64,000 nucleotides of DNA from an uncultured Mycoplasmatota bacterium. Lineage in GTDB: Bacteria; Bacillota_I; Bacilli_A; RF39; UBA660. The position numbers and the translations under genes are program-made. The stretch lies in contig URLV01000005.1 of NCBI GenBank assembly GCA_900548725.1, positions 25-64,024 on the forward strand, in the 5' to 3' direction. Numbering within the stretch: the stretch's first letter is position 1; each line of letters starts with the position of its first letter. Below are positions 26,870-35,002 of this stretch, piece by piece. Below the pieces are notes generated by a model that searched no databases, had not been told where the DNA came from, and saw nothing but the letters and a program-made list of their open reading frames with translations.

Positions 26870-27574
26870 TTATCCTCTTCTTTCTTTAATAAGCGATTTA
26901 ATTACATATAAATCATTTTTATATGTAAGTTTTATATTGTTCTGATCACTCATAACTGCGTATATTTTTTCACCATTTACTTTAAAAATTTTAGCAGTAT
27001 CTGTCATTTTTTCTAAATCTTTTTCACTTGTGTTTTCATAATACTTGACTAATTTTTTTAAATTAAACGTTTGTGGAGAGTGAGCATTATACAAAACTGT
27101 TCTATCTGGTATGTCTTCAACAATATTATTTCTTATCAATGAAATTGTGTCTGTAACTTTAAAGTAGGTTCCTACAGCATTATATTTTCTTGCCATTTTT
27201 ATATTTTCTTTAATAATGCATTCTGACAAAATAGGTCTTACTCCATCATGTGTAATGACGATATCATCATCTTTAATGCCAAATTGCTTTTCTATTTCCT
27301 TACAACCTTCAATTACAGTTTTATTTCTGTCACTACTAGATTTAGCATAGATGATTTTTTTGTTTGTTTTTATGAATTTTTTTATTTCATCTTTAATAAA
27401 ATTCTTCCATTCATCTTTACAACATATAACTATTACATCAATTTCTTCAACAGTTAAAAAAGCTTCAACAGTATAAATAATTATTGGTTTGTCATATATT
27501 TTAACAAATTGTTTAGGAATATTATCTCCATATCTATTTCCTGAACCACCAGCCAGTATTTCTGCATATACCAT
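26870..27574 (-). CDS. IspD/TarI-family cytidylyltransferase (ribitol-5-P or related polyol-P)
   Basis: AEILAGGSGNRYG...PKQF N-terminal signature. Adjacent to a TagF-type polymerase. SD AGGAGG. Confidence 0.7.
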   Translation of the reverse strand: MVYAEILAGGSGNRYGDNIPKQFVKIYDKPIIIYTVEAFLTVEEIDVIVICCKDEWKNFIKDEIKKFIKTNKKIIYAKSSSDRNKTVIEGCKEIEKQFGIKDDDIVITHDGVRPILSECIIKENIKMARKYNAVGTYFKVTDTISLIRNNIVEDIPDRTVLYNAHSPQTFNLKKLVKYYENTSEKDLEKMTDTAKIFKVNGEKIYAVMSDQNNIKLTYKNDLYVIKSLIKERRG

Positions 27575-27576
27575 TT

Positions 27577-29010
27577 TTACCTCCTAAATATTTTTTGTTT
27601 TATTTTTTGTAGTATTCTAGCAAACTTATATGTTTTAGATGAAGCAATATCATTCAATTCTTTTTCTATAATTGATATTTGCTTCAAATTTTGTTCATTT
27701 TTTTTGTTTAAATCATTTATTGCGTTGGTTTTATCTAAAATTTCTACGTTTTTTTGATTTATAATCACTATATTATTTTGATTTTCTTGTTCTATTATTG
27801 TTATTTGATTTTCTAAATTATACATTTTTTCTTTTAAATTTTTTAATTGTTTTTCAAGTTTAAATTCAGCATTAATATTTTGATTTATGTCTCTTTTTAT
27901 TTTACCATTTTCTATAAAATAATTTACAATATTTCTACATCCTCCATTTTTTATATTTCCAAACCACATTTTATATTTTTCTTCATCGATATTTTTATCC
28001 AATGACAACAATTGTTTCTTTAATGACGACCAATCATTTACTGATAAATTATTTGCCCAATAGTCATACATATTAAAAAATATACCTCTATTTTTATTAA
28101 ATTCATTAATATTATTATTTAAAAATATAACTTTTTTCTTTAAATATATGGCCTCAATTAGTATTGATGAATAATCACTTATAACAAAATCTGCGCAATT
28201 TATTATTTCATCAATATCTACACATTTTGATTTCATTATATCATTATCCAAAATTTTTATGTTTTCATTTTCTGTGATATTTGGTAATGCATTTTCACTT
28301 GGATGATACTTAATACATAATAAGTATTTATTATTCTTTAGAAATGAGTTTATATCTTCAAGATTTTCTTCATTAAATCCAAATATTTTGTTTGCATCTA
28401 TATTAATTTCTGTCTTTTTATCTTGCGCTTTTCTAATAGTTGGCAAATACAAAATTATTTTTTCATATTTTTTAGTATCAATATTTATAATTTTTTCTAA
28501 ATTTTTTGTACTATTGGCTTTTTGCTGTAAATAAAACTTTGGATAACCTATTGGCAACACTCTTCTTGGATCAATTTGAAATAGACAGGAAAAAATTATT
28601 TTCCAAAATTCTGTTGGAACTATTAAATAATCTATTTTTTTTCTAAATTCATTTGTCCAACTCTCATCGAAATTGCTTATTCTATTCAATAAATAACCAG
28701 CTGGTTTTACTCCTATTCCATGCCAAAGTTCTACATAAATAGATTTTTCGTTTTTATAGTCAATTAAATTTCCATGAGTCGTAAAAAATAAATCAGTTAC
28801 TTTCATTTTATTATAAAACTCTTTTGTATTAATTATATATGCTTTCACACCTATTTTCATCAAAAAATTTTTTTCATTTTGATTATTAACCACCCAGTAT
28901 AAATTTAGTGTGCCACAATATTTTTTCATGTAAAGATATAATGCCTTCGCATGAGATGAAAAAAATGGATAACTACAAAAACAAACATTTAATTTTTCCA
29001 TAAAAATCAC
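27577..29010 (-). CDS. CDP-glycerol/ribitol glycerophosphotransferase family (TagB/TagF/TarL-like) with coiled-coil tail
   Basis: ELWHGIGVK and VISDYSSILIEA motifs, plus ~100 C-terminal residues of heptad-like N/K/E/I-rich sequence. Start is GTG 29010 (GTGA overlap) or ATG 29001. Confidence 0.75.
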   Translation of the reverse strand: MIFMEKLNVCFCSYPFFSSHAKALYLYMKKYCGTLNLYWVVNNQNEKNFLMKIGVKAYIINTKEFYNKMKVTDLFFTTHGNLIDYKNEKSIYVELWHGIGVKPAGYLLNRISNFDESWTNEFRKKIDYLIVPTEFWKIIFSCLFQIDPRRVLPIGYPKFYLQQKANSTKNLEKIINIDTKKYEKIILYLPTIRKAQDKKTEINIDANKIFGFNEENLEDINSFLKNNKYLLCIKYHPSENALPNITENENIKILDNDIMKSKCVDIDEIINCADFVISDYSSILIEAIYLKKKVIFLNNNINEFNKNRGIFFNMYDYWANNLSVNDWSSLKKQLLSLDKNIDEEKYKMWFGNIKNGGCRNIVNYFIENGKIKRDINQNINAEFKLEKQLKNLKEKMYNLENQITIIEQENQNNIVIINQKNVEILDKTNAINDLNKKNEQNLKQISIIEKELNDIASSKTYKFARILQKIKQKIFRR

Positions 29011-29966
29011 GCCCTGTTTCTATGTAATTTAGTATATATATTACAATACATCTTTGTTATATTTTTATTTTTTTCTACTATACCTTTTAATTTTCTATTT
29101 TTAAAATATTTATTTGTTTTGTAATTTGGTATATTTTTATTTAAGTAATCAAATACTTTATCTATAAAATCATTTCTAATATTTTTATCTTTTTGATATC
29201 TTTGCTGTACTGTATAAGTTGTTAACATTTGTAGAGTCATTTCATCAATATATTCTTTTATAGTATTATCTTCTTTATCATAATCTTTTCTTATGTTATC
29301 TACAATTGTTAATATATCATATACTCTTTTATCCATAGTTGTTGTTTCACTATTACCATGTATTACATAATGATTTAAACATTTATTTACTTTACCTATT
29401 TTAGCATTTTTTAATGATAAACATATAAATACTGAATCTTCATATTTTAAATCTGATGGATATTCTATATCTTTTATAAGTTCATACTTAAATAATTTAT
29501 TCCATGGAGATTTATTTATATGTAATAATAAATCTGGACTTTCAATTAGTGTTGTATTTTTAAAATCTTTTATTTTTATTTCTTTAGTGGTTTTACTTTC
29601 ATATTGTTCTTCATAATAATCACATACTACTATATCTAAATTATCTTTTGTTATTTTATTATATAATACTTCTAAAGTATCTTTTTCTATATAATCATCA
29701 CTATCTAAGAACATTACATAATCACTTTTTACTTTTTTTATTCCAAAGTTTCTTGATGCTCCTATACCACAATTTTTTCTATTATATAATTTAAATCTTT
29801 TATCTGTAGTGAATTTTTCAATTTTATTTTTAGATTTATCTGTTGAGCCATCATTTATTATAATAACTTCAAAATCTTCTAATGTTTGTTTTTTTATACT
29901 ATTTAAACATTTTGTAATATATTTTTCACTATTATAAACTGTAATTATTATGCTTATTTTTGTCAT
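29007..29966 (-). CDS. GT2 glycosyltransferase
   Basis: ISIIITVYNSEKYI...IINDGSTD...LDSDD. TGA stop at 29007-29009. Confidence 0.8.
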   Translation of the reverse strand: MTKISIIITVYNSEKYITKCLNSIKKQTLEDFEVIIINDGSTDKSKNKIEKFTTDKRFKLYNRKNCGIGASRNFGIKKVKSDYVMFLDSDDYIEKDTLEVLYNKITKDNLDIVVCDYYEEQYESKTTKEIKIKDFKNTTLIESPDLLLHINKSPWNKLFKYELIKDIEYPSDLKYEDSVFICLSLKNAKIGKVNKCLNHYVIHGNSETTTMDKRVYDILTIVDNIRKDYDKEDNTIKEYIDEMTLQMLTTYTVQQRYQKDKNIRNDFIDKVFDYLNKNIPNYKTNKYFKNRKLKGIVEKNKNITKMYCNIYTKLHRNRA

Positions 29967-30901
29967 TATACCACCATCAAATATAAATTATAATTTACTT
30001 TAAATATTAATCTTTTTATCTTTCTTTTTATTGTATTATTAAGTAAGTATTCATTTATATTATTTTCTTTTATTTGTCTTAAATACTCTTTTCTAGATAA
30101 TTTATCTAATTCTTTTCCTTTTATTAATATAGAATTGGCTATGTAGCTTAATAATAATTCTTTATTTGATATATTAAGATTTTTTATAATATTAATATTT
30201 CTTAAACCTAATTCCATAAAGTCATTACATTTCTTTTTAACTTTATTTATATCTTTTGAATTTGATAAACTATTATTTCTTATTAAATAATTATAACCTA
30301 TATAGTTTATAGACTTTATGGATTTTGTATTTGCAAGTATAAGTGGAGTTAATCCAAAATCTTCATGTATAAATCCTTGATCAAATTTAAAATTATTTTT
30401 TTCTATATATATTTTATTATAACAATAAAGCCAAGTGTTTTCAATAAAATGATAATTTAATATGTAAACTAATGCTTCATTTCCTGTCGTTGTATCAAAA
30501 GGCATTTCATTATATTCTTTTAATACTTTATATGATTCATCTACAGTTCTTGTTTGAAATCTAATTATTTCTTCATCTGTTATATTTTTGTTTAAGTTTT
30601 CTAATAAGTCATTGTCTATGTAATCATCACTATCAACAAATAATAAGTAATCACCACTTGCATTTTTTATTCCTATATTTCTAGCAACTGATAATCCTTT
30701 ATTTGTTTGATTAATAATTTTTATATTGTCTATATTTTTGTAGGATTCTAATATTTTTTTTGATTTATCAGTTGAACCATCATTTATAATTATTATTTCA
30801 TAATTTTTATATGTTTGATTTAATATGCTATTTATACATTTTTTTAGATATTTTTCTACATTATATACTGGTACTATTACGCTAAATTTTATATTATTCA
30901 T
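29966..30901 (-). CDS. GT2 glycosyltransferase (paralogue of 29007-29966)
   Basis: FSVIVPVYNVEKYL...IINDGSTD...VDSDD. Start is ATG 30901 (SD AGAAGG). TAATG overlap with the next gene. Confidence 0.8.
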   Translation of the reverse strand: MNNIKFSVIVPVYNVEKYLKKCINSILNQTYKNYEIIIINDGSTDKSKKILESYKNIDNIKIINQTNKGLSVARNIGIKNASGDYLLFVDSDDYIDNDLLENLNKNITDEEIIRFQTRTVDESYKVLKEYNEMPFDTTTGNEALVYILNYHFIENTWLYCYNKIYIEKNNFKFDQGFIHEDFGLTPLILANTKSIKSINYIGYNYLIRNNSLSNSKDINKVKKKCNDFMELGLRNINIIKNLNISNKELLLSYIANSILIKGKELDKLSRKEYLRQIKENNINEYLLNNTIKRKIKRLIFKVNYNLYLMVV

Positions 30902-30997
30902 ATTAAACCTTCTTTCTAGCAATATTATAATATAAATAAAATGGTTTTTAAAGAATTTGTTTAATTATAAAATACGTTTATTTAAAAAAATCCAGAA

Positions 30998-31960
30998 TTA
31001 TTCTGAATCTTTTTCTTCTAAGTTATATTCAATAATATATTTTGGTCTTCTTTTTGTTTCATTATATATTTTTCCAATATATTCTCCAATAACTCCTAAT
31101 GACATCATTTGTACTCCAGCAATTAACCAGATTGAACATACTATAAATGTCCATCCTGATACAGTATTACCTATAATTTTATTAATTAATGCATAAAGTA
31201 TCATTATAATGCTTATTACAAATATTATTATTCCAACATTTAATATTAATCTTATAGGTTTAACACTAAACGAAGTTATTCCATCGACTGCAAAGTTTAT
31301 CATTTTCTTTAAAGGATATTTTGACTCTCCTGCAAATCTTTCATTTCTTTCATAATAAACTATATCACTTTTATATCCAATTAGAGGAAACATTCCTCTT
31401 AAAAATAAATTTACTTCTTCAAAATTTTCTAAATTATCTAAAACTTTTTTTGATGTTAATCTATAGTCAGCATGATTAAATACAACTTCTACACCTAATT
31501 TATTCATTATTTTATAAAATGATTCCGCAGTAAAACGTTTGAAAAATGTATCTTTTTTTCTTGCACTTCTAACACCATATACTATTTCGTTACCTTCATA
31601 ATATTTTTCTATCATTTCATCTATAGCGTTAATATCATCTTGTAAATCCGCATCCATACTAATGACAAAATCTGCATATTTTTTTGCAGTCATTAGTCCT
31701 GCTAATAATGCATTTTGATGTCCTCTATTTCTTGATAATGAAATACCAGTAAATAATTTTTCTTTTTTATTTATATCTTTTATTATTTCCCAAGTCTTAT
31801 CTTTTGAGCCATCATTAACATACATTACTCTACTTTTTTCTGATATTATTTTATCACTAATTAATTTTTCTAATTTTTCCTTTAACTCCTTAGTTGTTTC
31901 TTCTAACACTTCTTCTTCATTGTAGCATGGGACTACTATGTATAAAATTTTCTTTTTCAT
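30998..31960 (-). CDS. GtrB/CsbB-type bactoprenol-phosphate glycosyltransferase (GT2 with two C-terminal TM helices)
   Basis: YIVVPCYNEEE...VNDGSKD...MDADLQDD plus two hydrophobic helices near the C-terminus. SD GGAGG. Confidence 0.85.
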   Translation of the reverse strand: MKKKILYIVVPCYNEEEVLEETTKELKEKLEKLISDKIISEKSRVMYVNDGSKDKTWEIIKDINKKEKLFTGISLSRNRGHQNALLAGLMTAKKYADFVISMDADLQDDINAIDEMIEKYYEGNEIVYGVRSARKKDTFFKRFTAESFYKIMNKLGVEVVFNHADYRLTSKKVLDNLENFEEVNLFLRGMFPLIGYKSDIVYYERNERFAGESKYPLKKMINFAVDGITSFSVKPIRLILNVGIIIFVISIIMILYALINKIIGNTVSGWTFIVCSIWLIAGVQMMSLGVIGEYIGKIYNETKRRPKYIIEYNLEEKDSE

Positions 31961-31964
31961 TTCT

Positions 31965-33425
31965 CTACCTCCAATTATAATCTTCTTTTAATACGATTTT
32001 ATCTTTATTGTATATTTTTCTTAATGGTACATTTCTCCAATCATCATTATTTGTTGAAACATCAGAATAATATATAGTGAATGGAATTTTATCAAATTTT
32101 TCAAATACTATTTTTTTTTGATTTTTATCGTTTAATATTTTTATTCTTTCTTTGTATTTTTCATCATATTCTTTTATTGCTCCGCTTTTAAATTCGGAAT
32201 ATATTTTATATGATGTGATAGTTTCTTTATTATAATAAACGTTTATACTTATTATTATGATAAGTATTAAATATATAATTTTTTTATTTGATTTTAATAT
32301 ATTTATAACTTTTTTATATTTTTTGTTTTTTATTAATTTATTATTTATAGATTTAATAACATAATATAACACAAAAATCATACAAACAAAATATTCATAA
32401 TAAATAATATTAGTTAATCTTCCTTCACCTAGATTTGATGATGCATAAAGAGTTGGTGTTAATGTTGCAGAAAAAATACAGTATGTTAGTAATGTTACTA
32501 AGATAGGATATTTGTATTTAAAATTTGTTTTTGAAGTATTTATTAGTATTGTTGTTATCATAATTATGAAAGACATATTTAATAAACTAGTCCATTCACC
32601 AATATATTTTGCTCCATATATAAATGATGACATTATTGCTTTAATTGGTGACATTCCAGTTACCACGGCTGCTCTAACGCTATTTCCAGGTGCCATAGCA
32701 CTTATTAATAAAAATACTACAGATACTACTAATAATGGTATACATCTTTTATCTTTTTTCTTTAACAACAAATATATGTTTAATAAAACCAATAAAATAA
32801 TTTGTTGTAGCGCTAGTATAAAATTGCTACCTGCTATTAAAATTGTTATTAGAACACTTAAAGCATATTTTTTCTTTGTAAATTCACCTAATATAAATAA
32901 ATTTAATATTAAAGATATATTTACTAAGTGAAAAGTATAAAATAATGTATAATAGCTTGCTCCATTCCACCAATATAATCCTTGAACTACATTTGGCATT
33001 GTTTCTAATGTGATTATCAAAAACAATGATGTTATTAGATAAGTATATTTTTTGTTAATATGTAATAGTTTTACAACAATTGATTTGGTAAATATGTATG
33101 TTGAAAATAATAAACTTAATATTAATATGAATGACCCAACAAAATAAAATTGTTGTCCCCATATTGCTGGTTGTAATGACATAATTACAATAGCACTATA
33201 TGTTCCTTGCCAAGTCATATAAAATTCTGAAACTGTTTTACCTATTCCAGCTAATAGTTTAAATATACCACCTGTTTTTAATGAATTAAATGTGTAAATG
33301 CTATAATTATAATCATCTGCGGCAGGATGAGTAAATGTTCCTGTATATAATAGTTGGGCAACAAATATAAGAAGTATACCTGTTGCTATTACAACGTAGT
33401 AATTATCTTTTATTTTTTCTTTCAT
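31965..33425 (-). CDS. Polytopic membrane protein, GT-C-like candidate partner of the GtrB-type enzyme
   Basis: 486 aa, about 12 hydrophobic helices, HPAADDYNYS loop near the N-terminus, soluble C-terminal ~90 aa. Confidence 0.45.
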   Translation of the reverse strand: MKEKIKDNYYVVIATGILLIFVAQLLYTGTFTHPAADDYNYSIYTFNSLKTGGIFKLLAGIGKTVSEFYMTWQGTYSAIVIMSLQPAIWGQQFYFVGSFILILSLLFSTYIFTKSIVVKLLHINKKYTYLITSLFLIITLETMPNVVQGLYWWNGASYYTLFYTFHLVNISLILNLFILGEFTKKKYALSVLITILIAGSNFILALQQIILLVLLNIYLLLKKKDKRCIPLLVVSVVFLLISAMAPGNSVRAAVVTGMSPIKAIMSSFIYGAKYIGEWTSLLNMSFIIMITTILINTSKTNFKYKYPILVTLLTYCIFSATLTPTLYASSNLGEGRLTNIIYYEYFVCMIFVLYYVIKSINNKLIKNKKYKKVINILKSNKKIIYLILIIIISINVYYNKETITSYKIYSEFKSGAIKEYDEKYKERIKILNDKNQKKIVFEKFDKIPFTIYYSDVSTNNDDWRNVPLRKIYNKDKIVLKEDYNWR

Positions 33426-33446
33426 CTTTTATTTTTTCTCCTTTTA

Positions 33447-33525
33447 GAATTCTCAGTGCTTTTTACTGAATTCTCAGTGCTTTTTACTGAATTCTCAGTG
33501 TTTTTTACTGAATTCTCAGTGCTTT
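33447..33525. repeat. 21-bp tandem direct repeat, 3.75 copies
   Basis: GAATTCTCAGTGCTTTTTACT at 33447, 33468, 33489 (one G>T change) and a partial copy from 33510. Each junction forms the palindrome ACTGA-ATTC-TCAGT (33465, 33486, 33507). Confidence 0.95.
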
Positions 33526-33533
33526 CAATTGTT

Positions 33534-33704
33534 CTATTTTTTTAGTATCCAAGTTGACTTGGTATCACTTACTATATTAATAATTATACCTTGTTTTCTC
33601 ATTTTTGTAAGAAGATATTTTACCTTTTTATTTTTCTCTTCTTCTGTTAAAAATTGGGGTAATTTTGGATATATTAATTTATTTATTTCATCTCTGCTTG
33701 TCTG
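33534..33704 (-). pseudogene. C-terminal remnant (56 codons) of a regulator/ATPase-type gene
   Basis: Open frame QTSRDEINKLIYPKLPQFLTEEEKNKKVKYLLTKMRKQGIIINIVSDTKSTWILKK* with a stop codon immediately upstream and no start. It resembles the winged-helix tail of AlbA_2/HATPase_c_4-type putative DNA-binding proteins (from memory). Confidence 0.35.
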
Positions 33705-33764
33705 TTATTTATTTCTATTTAGATTATAAATGTAAAATTCGGTTATTTGTAGACATTTTATATT

Positions 33765-34838
33765 TTATAATTGTTCAACAAAAGTATCGTATATTCTGAT
33801 GTAGCGATATGTAATTCTATTAGTACCTTCTTTTTTTTCTTTTTCAATTATATTTAATTTAACTAAACGATTTAAAATGTTATTGATGGAATTAATATGT
33901 GCTCCTAATTCTTTTGCCATTTCTATAGCAGTAAACACTATTTTCTTCATCATCAACGGATGTAATTTCAATACTAAACTACCGTTTATTTCTTTTTTGA
34001 TTGTTTCCTCATCTTCATCATACACTCTATTAATTTTTTCTATTCTACCTATATTTCTTGTGCACTCATCTATTACACATTGCAAGAAAAATCTAATAAA
34101 ACCATTGAAATTTCCATTTCTACATTCATTTAATGAATTATAGTAATTTGCTTTAAACAACACTATTATTTCAGACAAAAACAATATTGGTTCATCATCT
34201 TTCAATTTTGCAAGCTGTAGCGTAATTAAAGCTCTTCCCAATCTTCCATTTCCATCTTTGTAGGGATGTATTGATTCAAATTGTACATGTGATATTGCAA
34301 CTTTGATAAAGGCTTCTTCATCAAACATATTATTCATATATTCAATTAAATTATCTAATAGTTTTGGAACATCTTCAGGTATTGGTGGAATAAATGTTGC
34401 TCCTTCTTTGCCTAATCCTTTTAGACCAATATAATTCTGTATTGAACGTATTTCACCTGGGGATTTGTATTTCCCTCTTACACCAGATAACAATATTTTA
34501 TTCATTGAATTAATCATATTTATACTAAAATTTTTATTTTTTAAATTGTAATTAGCATATTCAAACATTTTTTTTAAATTTTTTACTTCTTGTATACTAT
34601 TATTTGGTTCTTTGTAATTAATATAGTACATATCATCTTGAGATATTTGGGTTCCTTCAATTTTAGATGATCTGATACTTTCTCCTAATATTAGAGAATC
34701 CAAAAAATACCTTTGATCAAATTTAAATATTTTTAACAAAGATTTATATTGACCATATTTATCGTTTGCTTGACCTAATAATTTTATTGTTTCTTTATCA
34801 ATTTTATAATCTATAGGTGGCTCCATTTCATAACACAC
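33765..34838 (-). CDS. Fic-family AMPylase, class II (intramolecular inhibitory helix), with C-terminal winged-helix-like domain
   Basis: Active-site HPYKDGNGRLGRAL matches HxFx(D/E)GNGRxxR. N-terminal SSKIEG matches the (S/T)xxxE(G/N) inhibitory motif. The start is uncertain (GTG 34838 or ATG 34826; no strong SD). Confidence 0.85.
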   Translation of the reverse strand: MCYEMEPPIDYKIDKETIKLLGQANDKYGQYKSLLKIFKFDQRYFLDSLILGESIRSSKIEGTQISQDDMYYINYKEPNNSIQEVKNLKKMFEYANYNLKNKNFSINMINSMNKILLSGVRGKYKSPGEIRSIQNYIGLKGLGKEGATFIPPIPEDVPKLLDNLIEYMNNMFDEEAFIKVAISHVQFESIHPYKDGNGRLGRALITLQLAKLKDDEPILFLSEIIVLFKANYYNSLNECRNGNFNGFIRFFLQCVIDECTRNIGRIEKINRVYDEDEETIKKEINGSLVLKLHPLMMKKIVFTAIEMAKELGAHINSINNILNRLVKLNIIEKEKKEGTNRITYRYIRIYDTFVEQL

Positions 34839-34849
34839 TACTTTGTTGT

Positions 34850-34858
34850 ATTATATCA
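34850..34858 (-). promoter_or_regulatory. Extended -10 promoter of fic
   Basis: Minus strand reads cgTGaTATAAT. Confidence 0.5.
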
Positions 34859-34871
34859 CGATTTAGTGTTT

Positions 34872-34987
34872 TTTACACATTAAAACGCATTTTAATGTGT
34901 AAATATTACTTTGTATGCACATTTTTTTGCAATTTAATGTGTATATTTAAGTTTTTATTCACATTTTTTTATAAATTACTGTGTATA
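34872..34987. promoter_or_regulatory. Three phased 32-bp palindromic operator-like units
   Basis: Units at 34872-34903, 34914-34945 and 34956-34987 have the form TWTNCACA-N16-TGTGTAWA. They are separated by exactly 10 bp (42-bp period). The proximal unit overlaps the -35 position of the fic promoter. Confidence 0.6.
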
Positions 34988-35002
34988 TAATTTTTTATAT
35001 TA

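Noticed and set aside
33447-33525. CRISPR array (also considered for 44790-44842).
   Set aside because: The repeats are directly abutting with no spacers. The units are 21-23 bp and few in number. No cas genes are present.
33354-33729. Plus-strand ORFs 33354-33545 and 33529-33729 (EFSVLFT repeats).
   Set aside because: The repeated peptide is just the translation of the 21-bp tandem repeat. The second ORF is the antisense of the minus-strand gene remnant. Neither has start-site support.
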